DNA from: Octopus sinensis
Lineage: Eukaryota
Length of the DNA stretch: 64,000 nt
Direction: 5' to 3'
Assembly: GCF_006345805.1 (NCBI RefSeq)
Contig: NW_021835962.1
Coordinates: forward strand, 140,433 to 204,432
In this document: in pieces, positions 1-10,204 of the stretch
Numbering within the stretch: position 1 is the stretch's first letter
Layout: every line of letters starts with the position of its first letter
Translations under genes and position numbers: made by a program
The notes under the pieces: model-generated
Database searches by the model: none
What the model was told of the DNA's origin: nothing
The model's input: only the letters and a program-made list of their open reading frames with translations

Positions 1-445
1 TTTTTTCCTTCATTCTGAGGCCACATCTTTATATTGAACAATTAAAATTAGAAATTTTACTGAAACAAAAAAAGCATTTAACAATCAGGTATCCTCAAAT
101 CGCCAGAAAATATAAGAGCAAAAAATTAAAAAATTAACTTTATTAAAAATTGTTGACTACTAAAAAGCATCAAAATTAGCTACTTTCAAGCATATAGAAA
201 CTCTGTTGAGTATGTGAACAATTCTGGACGATCATCTCCGAGCTATTAGTAGCTTAAGTTACCAGTACGTCTGATTTATGGAAAATAACTATTGTTTGTT
301 GTAAGTTATAAAACCGGTTGATAACTCAAATTTATGATTCAAAATCAGACCTTATAACTTGAATTATTTAGTTATCATTTTGAGCAGAAGAAATCAGATT
401 TTATCAATCCCCCCTTCGACCCAATAAAATTTTCTCCAACATTAA

Positions 446-875
446 TTACTTAATTTTCCTTTCAAATAACTCAGAGTTTAAAAGAGCGTAAAATATTGGC
501 TTATGGGACGGGTCTTGCTGCCTCAGTTCGATGATAAAATTATGAAAGATATTGAGTTTTAATGAAAAAACAAACAACAACAGAGGCATACTGTCGCCCT
601 GTAATATGCCCCTCTCTACCTTAACCTCGTATTTGTTGTAGTGCATGTTCCATCTGTCCATTACAGTCACAACAAATTTATAAAGTAAGAAGGCAAATTG
701 AGTCTTTGCAGATACTCAACAAGGTAGGCATGGTCATCTTCTTCACATCCACCCACATCGACACTAGTGAGTTTCCGTAGGCTCTCGCAAGGCATTTGTT
801 GATCAGTGCCTGTTCCTTAGCTGGCTGGCAATCCCTCCAAGTACCTGACTGGTTCTCGAACAGAATTCCATTCAC
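446..875 (-). pseudogene. Fragment of a non-LTR (R2/R4-like) reverse transcriptase
   Basis: Two adjacent minus-strand ORFs carry RT motifs: 'LVSMWVDVKK' and 'RGILQGDSMPLLLFVFSL'. Frameshifted and truncated. Confidence 0.75.
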
Positions 876-1108
876 CTCAGATTTTGCATGAATTTAAATT
901 ATCTTAACTTTTTGCTTACTTAATCTTACCACTAACGACAAACTATTATTTATATTTAATAATTACGGGTTAACACATAAAAATGGATGTAACGCTGTTT
1001 TAATAAAAGGGGCCTAAATTAACAAAAATTATTGTTCTTTCTCAAATAAACGAACAGAGGAAATCATTTGCTGTGGATGATTGCGTCGCCGTATGAGAAA
1101 AGCTGGGA

Positions 1109-1800
1109 TTGCCATTGCCATCTGATGTGACCTGCCAATCGGAGTGGACGTCGAAAGTCCACGCCAATACGTTTTCATGCCTAAAGGAAACCATGGACCA
1201 GAGAAGGTTGGCTTGTTTACAAGCGGGCAGCCAGCCCCTAAGCGGCGCGTGGCTAAACTGTTACCCTTGTAATACAACTGGCTGCCTTCTTAATGATGAA
1301 GCCGTAAGAATAGGAGTTTGTCTGCGCCTCGGTCTACGCGTCTATGCAAAACACCAATGCCGGTGCGGAATGTGGACTGACGAGTTTGGATATCACTCCC
1401 TCTCATGTCGAAACGGAATTGGACGTTCCTCACGGCATTCCGAACTGAACCAGATCATCTGTCGATCTCTTCGAACTGCTGGATTCCACACACAATTGGA
1501 ACCTGCAGGGATTTTCGTAGAGGACGGCAGAAGACCCGATGGGATGACCACATTTCCATTCCAGAGGGGAAAGTGTCTGGTTTGGGACGTCACGTGTGTG
1601 AACTCCTTTTCTAATCAGAATATCAAATTATGTCATTGAGACGTCAGGAATACAGGGGCCTTCTACTCGGACCCTACTTTAGCGCATTGCCTCATTAATC
1701 GAAAGGGTTACCGGCGACCCGTGTGAGCACCGGAATTTAATCGAAAGTATCTATAGCAATAGTCAGAGGCAATACTCTGGCTATCTGCCAATGACTATTT
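1109..1800 (+). pseudogene. 3' fragment of a CRE-clade non-LTR retrotransposon (Zn knuckle + restriction-like endonuclease)
   Basis: 'CRCG..HSLSC..SRHSELN..GRRPDG..LVWDVTC' aligns with the C-terminus of the 978-aa ORF at 10205. After an internal deletion the reading continues in another frame as 'VIETSG..DPCE..IAIVRGN'. Confidence 0.85.
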
Positions 1801-2074
1801 CTCTTTTGATTTAAAATATATTTTATATCGTCGAGAGACGGTTAGTTTTATTTAAAATTTATTATTACAATAATACGGTAAATTTAAGTAATGCGAATAT
1901 ATTGATTTTCAAAGTATTTGATCTAGTTTTATGATTTTTATATGAAATGAATGTCATTTAGACAATTTTGTATCAATTTATCATGATAGATCGCGATAAT
2001 ACCCGGATATCAACACTTATTACAATACGTTTTAATTTGTATTTTTAAACACTTATAAAAATGTCTCTAATCAT

Positions 2075-2255
2075 TCATTGAGACGTCAGGAATACAGGGG
2101 CCTTCTACTCGGACCCTACTCCAGCGCATTGCCTCATTAATCGAAAGGGTTACCGGCGACCCGTGTGAGCACCGGTATTTAATCGAAAGAATATCTATGG
2201 CCATAGTCAGAGGAAATACTCTGGCTATCTGCCAATGACGATTTTTCTCTTGACC
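2075..2255 (+). repeat. Second copy of the CRE C-terminal ~180 bp (paralog of 1633-1812)
   Basis: Near-identical to 1633-1812 with a few substitutions; both begin at tcattgagacgtcagg. Confidence 0.9.
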
Positions 2256-2819
2256 TAATTTGTTTAAAAAAATTATTGTAATTTACGTCTTGCAAACAAT
2301 ATAAGTACGTATTTGTCGTTCTGTAAATTATTAAACTACTTTGAAATGAAAACTTGTTTATATTAATTTCTTTCTGAAATTTGCTCAAAAAATGTCCTTA
2401 TATAACATGGATTTGGATGTCGAATCAAACTGAACTTGCTAGAATGTAGAGAGAGTTAAAGGGCAACCCTAAGATGAGCGTTAAAAGTTCAGCCGCGTCT
2501 TAAGGCTGTACTACAACAACCCCAAGATCCTAGAAAAGAAAAAGAATAAAAGAACACATACACATTTTATGATGAAATTTAGACCAAAAAATCCCTCTTG
2601 TAAATCTTATAAGAAATGTACGCGTATCCAGTGCTGATTTAGTAAATATGAGTCCCCACTCCCAGAATATTATTAAGATCTCTACAATATAAAATGTCAC
2701 AGTCCAGACGTGCGACCCGTACAGACGCGTTACACTTGTGTGCTTAGAAAAAAAATTGATTTTGTCAATAAAAAATTTATAAATTGACAAATACCCATTT
2801 TTGCCAAGCTAACAAACGA

Positions 2820-3125
2820 ACAAGTTTATTGTAATTAACCGAGAAAGAGAAAGTGACAGGAATTAAGGACGGTGATAGGACGAGACTGATGCCAAGGCAA
2901 CTGAACTCTTCTGAGCTTGCGTCCAATTTATCTGTCGTGAGCCAGAGTTAATAGTGGCTATGTTGCTGAATTGCTCCCTTCTAGCAGGAGCTCTTGCTGC
3001 ATATCCATATCCACTCCAAGTTTGGTCAGGGCTCCTACACAGCGGCGGAATAATTCCAGTTGGGAATCTCTGTTGTGTAGGTCCTGATCCAAGTGGGCAC
3101 CCCTACACCAATGTATACTTCAATT
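2820..3125 (-). mobile_element. Probable retroelement 3'-end fragment, related to 14715-14990
   Basis: Both segments share the plus-strand motif tttattgtaa...agtgaca..aatta.ggacgg..ata..acgagac, i.e. they end in ttacaataaa on the minus strand. GC content is higher than the flanks. No protein motif recognised. Confidence 0.4.
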
Positions 3126-3707
3126 ATGATAAAATATGGAAATCAAAATAATTGTGTTTATCATATTGAAAATGCATTGATGCTGCGTCAAAATTAGTTC
3201 ATAAACTATGTAGCCCAGTTATAATGTAGGCTTGTTTTTTACGAGAATTTCTTCTCGACGCGTAGAAAGCCAGGCAGTAAACCTCATATGTGTTTCTTTA
3301 TACTTTTCAAATAATTTCTTTTATATTGAAATTACATCACGAAATGCAAATATTTCTACATCACTGATTATTCATATTTTATTATTGTTTCTTTCTCGTG
3401 CATGGGAGTTTTTCGTTTTAGATGTAGCCTCAGAGTAAAGATACAATTTTATATTTTCATTATACTTTAATTCATAAAATTAAAAAATATACCCATGCAA
3501 GTTATTCTTCATGAACGAATAAAAAGTTCGCTCGTAACAGTTGTGGACCAGGAAATAATATAATGTACCCGAGACCCAGCTGTAATCTAGGCTTTTTATT
3601 AATAAAAAAATTTCTTTCCCCCGTAGGTGAAGTTTTCCGAAAAATACAACAGCATTTGTTTACTATGTTCATTGTACTTTAATAACATGATATTAGAAAA
3701 TATATTC

Positions 3708-4775
3708 TGTCACCGGCTGAATAATGCCCTGGGTTGGATAATGCCCCCTCAACGTTATTTTAAAAAAATAAATATTTTTTCAAATTAATTTTGATTAGAT
3801 TTTTTGATTTTCTTAATTATTTTAGTAATTTATCAAAGTTTTTTTTTCAAATTAATCTAGCGTGAAAATTTGTTTTGGTTATCTAAGTTTTCAAATTTGA
3901 AAAATAATAAGTATATTCGATCAAATCTATATTTCAGAAATGGTTTTACTCAACTTTACTAAAGATGAACTTGAAGTAATCAAAAATATTCAAATAGATG
4001 TTTTTTATATTGACCGATTTCAGAAATCTGAAAAGAAAAGATACAGATGAGGACACATTTTGGAAGAGATAAGTTGCTTTCGATATTGAGAAAGGAAATT
4101 TATGCAGTAACCCGAGACGAAATTACTGCTGTGATCTCAAAATGCGTTCACTGTCAGGTGCATATGTATTGAATTATTTTTAGTCAAAAAAGTTGATGGC
4201 GACTAAGCCAACAATCACTCCTATTATTGCAAGAGGGCCTAAAGATCGCTATATTGCAGATTTAGTGGATTTAAGAAGGTATGCTAGCCTTAATAGCGAT
4301 AATGGATTGGTATTTTTTTGTATAAATTGTAGTTGGTTGTGGTTATAGACCCAGAGCATTATCCAGCCGGTGACATGAAATATCGGAGGTTGATAAAAAC
4401 AAGTGCGTACTTAAAGATCTTAATGACGAATCATCCAAATATGTACAAAAAGTCGTATAAAAAAAATATGACTCTTATAAAAAATTTTTATATAATAAAA
4501 ATTCATGAATTTTTAATATTTATTTTTAAATGGTAGACCTAAAAAATTGTATAATTATAATAAAATACGTTATTGATTCGGAAAAATTTTTGATGCCGGT
4601 TTTTGCCGACTCTTTGAAAAATTTTTTCAATCAAAAAATTGATAAAAAATTGAATAAATCGACTTAATTCCATTATCAAGTTATTTTTAATTAATTATCA
4701 GGTTATTTTCGTTTGATTTTAAAAAAAATTTTAAGGGGGTATTATCCAACCCAGGGCATTATCCAGCCTGTGACA
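3708..4775 (+). mobile_element. Ginger2/TDD-like DNA transposon, internally deleted
   Basis: ~35-bp TIRs (tgtcaccggctgaataatgccctgggttggataat / attatccaacccagggcattatccagcctgtgaca), TGT...ACA termini, 5-bp TSD TATTC (3703-3707 and 4776-4780), and an integrase remnant inside. Confidence 0.85.
3940..4350 (+). pseudogene. Gypsy-integrase-like (HHCC + start of rve) transposase remnant with two predicted micro-introns
   Basis: Reads 'THFGRDKLLSILRKEIYAVTRDEITAVISKCVHCQ|SKKLMATKPTITPIIARGPKDRYIADLVDLRRY..NGL|LVVVID' after removing 4158-4183 and 4310-4332. Confidence 0.8.
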
Positions 4776-4856
4776 TATTCATACAAATTATTCCCGTGGG
4801 GTTCATATATTTTTTATTTATAGTAAAATTCTATTACATAATGGTTGTTTGCTAAA

Positions 4857-6725
4857 CAGTGACTCTTCTGAAATTGGCCACCTCTGAAATTGACCACACT
4901 TATAAAATTATCTTAAGAAAAATTCGAATTTCCATTGAAAGTGGCCAATTCTCAAATTGACCATAAATTTTAAAATATATTTTATATAATTTGCAAATTA
5001 ATAAAATTTCAGTTATTTTATGTCTTCGAACAATTCTCGTGGTAATTATACTCGTCTCACTTTTTATCAAAAAATACAGATTTTAACTTATAAAAATCAA
5101 AATGAAGATGTTTCATGTCAGTATTTGGCTGATAGATTTTCCCATTTGTTTAAAAAGAAGATTTCCAGAAAAACAATTAATAATATTATTTTGAAAAAGA
5201 TTTTTTTCTCAAAGAGTGTAAAAAACAAAATCTATCTTCAAAAAATGCGCATAGACTCAAGTTCCCACAGCTTGATGGTATGTTAGTTGAATGGATGGAT
5301 TCGATTGAGTCTAAAGGTAATTTGTACTAATTTATGATTAAGGTGGCTTTCTTAATGATGCTTTAATTTCAAATAAGGCTAATTTATTCGCAGCTGAATT
5401 AAAACTGGATAATTTTAAAAACTCAAATGGATACCTTCATAAATTCAAAAAGAGGCATGGTTTTCGAATGACCAAGTTACATGGAGAAATGAGAACTAAT
5501 GATCCAGTAGATGTCGACTTATTTATCGAAAAATTCATAGAAATATCAAAGAGTTATAATGCCGATCAAATTTATAACTTGGACGAAACGGGATTGTATT
5601 ACAAGCTGATTCCTTCGAAGAGTATTTGTAGAAACAGATTTCAAGGATATAAAAATTTCAAAGATCGTGTTTCTATTATGCTATGTTCAAATATGAGTGG
5701 AAATCATAAATTGAAACCTGTGATGATCTCGAAACCTAAAATGCCAAGATGCTTTAAATCTTATGACTATAAATGTTTCATTGATTATTATAGCTCAAAA
5801 CGAGCTTGGATGACAGGAACAATTTTTACTAACTGGCTATTAAACTTTGATTACCATCTCAAAAATGAAAAAAAGCAAATTTTACTTCTCATGGACAATT
5901 GTCCTTCACATTGTGTTCCATCAAATTTGGATAACATAAAAATATTGTTTTTTCCTTCAAATAGTACTGGTCTTATTCAACCTATGGATTTGGGTATAAT
6001 AAAAACATTTAAAACACATTTTACTTGACACAAGTTAATGTATTTGACTGATTTGTTGGAACAGCAAAATATTTCAGTATACAGTTCCTACAAAAAGTTA
6101 ACTCTAAAGGATACTGTAATTTTCGTAAAAATGGCTTGGGAAGATGTGTCTGAAAAAACGATTGCAAATTGTTTCGGAATTTTAAGCAACCCATTCAAAA
6201 AGAATCATGTAGTTGAAGTTCAAGATATTGCAGTAGAAAAAACTGACATTTTTGATCCCTTAGAAGTCGAAGAATTTCTTAATTTTGAATATTCTGAAAA
6301 TGATACATTTCAAGACGTTGAGGATATTGAAAATATAAAAAATGAAGAAGAAGTAGAAGCTGAAGTAGAATCCAATGAAGTAGAATCCAATGATTCAATT
6401 GACAAAGAAGACATTGTGGTTAAGTTAACTAAAATTGAAAACGACCTCCTAAAAAACATTGAGAACGAACATGAAGTTCAATTGATTACATCCATAAGGT
6501 GCTATAAGGAAAATGTCATTAAAACTCAAAAAAAGCAGATGGGCATCCAATTCTACTTTAAGAACATTAATAATGCTTAATTACTTAAAATTTTCTGGAT
6601 AAAAGTTGTTCTTATTCAAAATTTAATTTACACAAAAGATTGATTTTATTTCTCAAATTGGCCATTTCTCGAATTGACCACAAAAACACGTGGAACCAAA
6701 AATGGCCAATTTCAGAGGAGTCACG
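4857..6725 (+). mobile_element. Tigger/pogo (CENP-B-like DDE_1) DNA transposon, full length
   Basis: TIRs cagtgactcttctgaaattggcca / tggccaatttcagaggagtcacg, followed by TA on the right. A transposase is encoded between them. Confidence 0.9.
5020..6580 (+). CDS. Tigger/pogo transposase (HTH psq, HTH CENP-B, DDE_1), with one 26-nt intron and two 1-bp frameshifts that may be sequencing errors
   Basis: Motifs 'LTFYQKIQIL', 'FPQLDGMLVEW..GYLHKFKKRHG', 'YNLDETGLYY', 'LLLMDNCPSH' and 'QPMDLGIIKTFK'. Frameshifts near 5175 and 6025; intron 5317-5342. Confidence 0.85.
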
Positions 6726-7972
6726 TAGTTATTACTTCTTCAATTATTTCTTTTTTTGTTTAGTTACTTTCTAAAACATGCCGGTTTTAGCTTCCATAAT
6801 CATTTTTAAAAATACTTCAACACCAGATTTGTATAGTTTACTATCGAAAAAATTGTGTTAAACATATTGAAAATGCATTAATGTATGGGGTCATTTAAAG
6901 AGCGAATACAAAGTTCGCTCATAATTTCGTATCATTTGTACCCCAGCTATAATGTAGGATTTTAAAATAGAAAAATTTCTTTTCCTCGTAAGTGAAGCCT
7001 TCCAAAAAAATACAATCGCATATGTTTACTATGTTCATTATATTTTAATTACATAAATTAGAAAATATTCCCGTAAGTTATCATATATTTTCTATTTATA
7101 TTGAAATGCTATTACATAATCGTAGTTACCTAATAATTATTACATTCTTTATTATTCCTTTTCTTATTTGTTTACATAATGAAACAGCAGTTTTAGCTTT
7201 TATAATCATTCATTAGAAATACTCCAACAGCAGATTTTTATAGTTTGCTATCAATATAAACAATATTTTTGTCTCCATTCCAAGGGAAGTGTTAGCAGGC
7301 AAAAGTTTTCTCACTTTTTTTCTAAACTTTTGTTTAATAATAAATTTGTGAAATACGCTACATAGATCTTCAAAAGGTGGCCATTGATTATATGTTCATG
7401 TGAATGCCTGATCTAGCAACCCCACTTAGTTCTCGGGAGCAGTCTTTCTCGTGTTCTTTGTACTCACACTCATTCACCACAAAATTTTCCAAGACAGGAG
7501 ACTCGTCATTTCTTTCTAACTCTCTATTTCAGCTGGTATCTATGCCTTTGCCAATGGTCCTCAACTTTTCTCACTCTCCTTACGCTATGCTCACTCCATC
7601 AAAATTCTCCATGCCACAATGACGAACATAGTAGCCTACATACATCACTTTATCACCGACCACAACAAACAACTGGAGATTTACCGCCAGTTTAGCCAGC
7701 TATTCCAATCCTATCTGGAGAAACAACTCCGACTGAATTCCACTTCAAGAGAGTCTCAGGTTCCTCAAGAACCAAGGAAGTAGCAGTGAGTCCTCTCTTT
7801 TTATTGACAGTGCTCTTCTAGGTCGTCTAATAAGGACAGTTTTTTTAAGCTTGAAATTGAAAAATATGAAGGCAATAGATTTCCAAGAAACTTTTTCCTT
7901 CGTATGGCTTGCCATTTAGAAGGCCTTCGATAGTATCTGGCACTTAGATGTTTTCAAAAGAATTTTATAGGG

Positions 7973-8080
7973 TTTTCGGATCAATATAATAACTTTTCGA
8001 ATCATATAATAATTTTTCGAACCAATATAATAATTTTTAGAATCAATATAATATTTTTTCGAATCAATAATAATTTTTAA
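7973..8080. repeat. ~21-bp minisatellite, about 5 copies
   Basis: Repeated unit close to ttttcgaatcaatataataat. Confidence 0.8.
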
Positions 8081-8139
8081 ATTCAAAGAATTTTTAAACT
8101 CAAAGAAATTCAAAGAAAAAAAGATCAAAAAGAGTAAAT

Positions 8140-8320
8140 TATCGTTATTCTTGAATCACTTCAGAATTTGAGCATCTAACTCTTTTAAAAGAATTTAAAG
8201 CCTTGGTGACGGTTCTCAGTGATATAAATTTCAAATTAAATTTGAAAAATATCCATTCGCTCAAATCCTTCAAAGATCTGGTGCAATCTTCATCAACATT
8301 TTCAACTAATATGATGTCAT
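8140..8320 (-). pseudogene. Tc1/IS630-like transposase N-terminal HTH fragment
   Basis: My minus-strand translation is 'ENVDEDCTRSLKDLSEWIFFKFNLKFISLRTVTKALNSFKRV', the winged-HTH pattern of IS630/Tc1 transposases. No catalytic domain seen. Confidence 0.5.
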
Positions 8321-8929
8321 TTAAGAAAAAAGCTCAATATTAGCCTAAATTTTTTTTCGGGCCGCAATCTGTCGTCTTTCAGTCTGTATTTCACCTCTTA
8401 AAAGGAGTTTAGGGATCGTGTATAAAGGTCATCATGAGAATTCCGGCAATCCTCCCAGGTTCCGAATACGACGGGGAAAAAAGATGGTGGCCCATGAGAG
8501 TTTGGTATTTGTAGGTTTTCACGCGCCTCACCCCATTTTGGTTATGATATGCATTGTCCCAGTAAATAGAGATACCAGGAAACAGCGATTCACTGTAAAA
8601 TAATTATAATATTTTACGCGTGAAAACCTACGAATCGCTATATCCTGACATCTCTATTTATTATAAAAGTGATTCCCCAGTTTGCCAAATTTATAGTTCT
8701 CAGATTTTTGAGTACGTGACATAATATTTACCTTAAAAAACAAAAATCGATTCTTTTCTTTAATACGTAAATATGAAAATTTTCCGACGCCCAAACACTC
8801 CTCATTTCATAAGTATTCATAATTGCATGCTATTTTTCCTTTAAGCGTAGTTCTTTAGCTCCTCGAACTTTAAGGGTGCGAGTCTAAAACACCATGTCGA
8901 CGTAAAAATAGATTTTGTTTCATTTCTCT

Positions 8930-9900
8930 AAATATATACGTTACGGTTGATTCCATCCATAAAAATGGTCGGAATATTTTTACTCTTTCTTATTTTGCCT
9001 TCACAGCTACACTTTGAACTCAAAATTTTTATCAAAAGCAGGGTTTAAAGAGGGATATTCATATGGCCACGTGGCCATTTTTATGTTACTTTTAAATTAT
9101 AAGTAATCAATGACAGTTGTAGTCTGCTACAAAATCTTTAGTTAATTCTAGCAAATGAGTTGTTTTTATTTGAATCCATATCATTTGAAACTTTTTATAT
9201 CTACATAATTAATGAAAAAAAATCACGAAAAAGAGCTACAAAACCTTGAATATGAAGTTGAAGAGTACAAACACGAAGCCCAAATGTATGCATCTGTAAA
9301 GATGCTAGGGCGAAAGAAGAAATCTGAAATTCTATAATTTGTATGTGTAACAAAAAGTTTTAGTGTTTTTATTTAATCTTTAACTTAAATTTTTAGGTTA
9401 ATTTTTCTAGTACTTATGGTAATCAAGTTATTTTTTGGTGTATTTTTTTTATTTTTTAGCTCAAAAAATCGGCCTAGTTATTATAATTGATTTGAAGTTC
9501 GAAAAATGAACTTCCATGAAAATTGAATTTTTTGGTGTTAAAAAAAAGGCTTTTCATTTTTATGCCCCAAGCGACCCTCAGTGGTTGCATTTATTTCTGT
9601 CAGCCATATTTGTTTGATAACCTATTTTTCTTTACTTTTAGTATTTTACAGTTGCATGAAAGCAGGGTTTATAGACTGCTATCTATATGGCCATATGGCC
9701 ATTGGTAGTTTACTTTAAATTGTAAGTAATAAAGCTAATCAATGACTGTTTTAGTCTGCTACAATATTTTAATTAATTCGTCAATCATTAGTTTATTCTA
9801 AAAAATTCTGTTCAACATTTTTCAATGTTCAGTGACGTTTGATTCTGCCCAGATATTAGAATAAAGGTTTCTTATCTATATTCCCCGTTTGTGACAGCGT
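8930..9900. repeat. Dispersed AT-rich repeat family with palindromes; other pieces at 13189-13470, 24183-24400, 25850-26350, 26890-26970 and 27340-27772
   Basis: Shared blocks include aaagcagggttta..atggcca..tggccat, aatcaatgac..tagtctgctac, gaacttccatg.aaattgaattttttggtgttaaaaaa and gtttgtgacag. Confidence 0.85.
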
Positions 9901-10204
9901 GCCTTCTATAACGATTTTAATTCATTTAATTAACTGTTCGTAATTAAATAAAAAATTATCTTGAATTAGTTTGCGATTAACAGACTTTTAAAAACACTTT
10001 AAAACTAATTAACTAAGCGTTGAAATCTGCACGTTGCACGTTGTTGCTGTTGTGGTGCACTTTTTTCTTTTTCTTTTCATTGTTATTTGCTATCCAATAA
10101 TCCATTGTTGCTTCCCTTTCTCTTTTTTGTTTTTCTTTTCCTCTTTCTCTTTCTTTCTATCTCACCAATAATCCATTTATTGCTAATTCTAATTTTCCAT
10201 ATCT

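Larger units (their letters stand above)
3517..7260. repeat. Diverged tandem ~390-bp unit: copy A (3517-6850, split by Ginger and Tigger insertions) and uninterrupted copy B (~6900-7260)
   Basis: Colinear matches such as aagttcgctc, cccagct.taat.tagg, gtttactatgttcatt, ttagaaaatat, ctattacataat, gttttagctt and atagttt.ctatc occur in both copies. Confidence 0.75.

Noticed and set aside
2530-2790. Small membrane-protein family (FTKS.L motif shared with ~19150-19230 minus strand)
   Set aside because: The similarity is too short and low-complexity to support a call.
3940-4350. LTR retrotransposon integrase
   Set aside because: Bounded by inverted rather than direct repeats, with predicted introns and no RT, RNase H or LTR; this fits Ginger/TDD.
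7380-7830. GC-richer segment that looks formerly coding (similarly 17900-18188, 19550-19990 and 22750-23230)
   Set aside because: No frame gives a motif I recognise, and all have stops. Would need BLASTx; left unannotated.
8510-8665. 15-bp inverted repeat gtaggttttcacgcg/cgcgtgaaaacctac and a cagtaaatagag.tacc motif shared with ~24785
   Set aside because: Probably decayed MITE ends, but I could not define consistent termini or a TSD.
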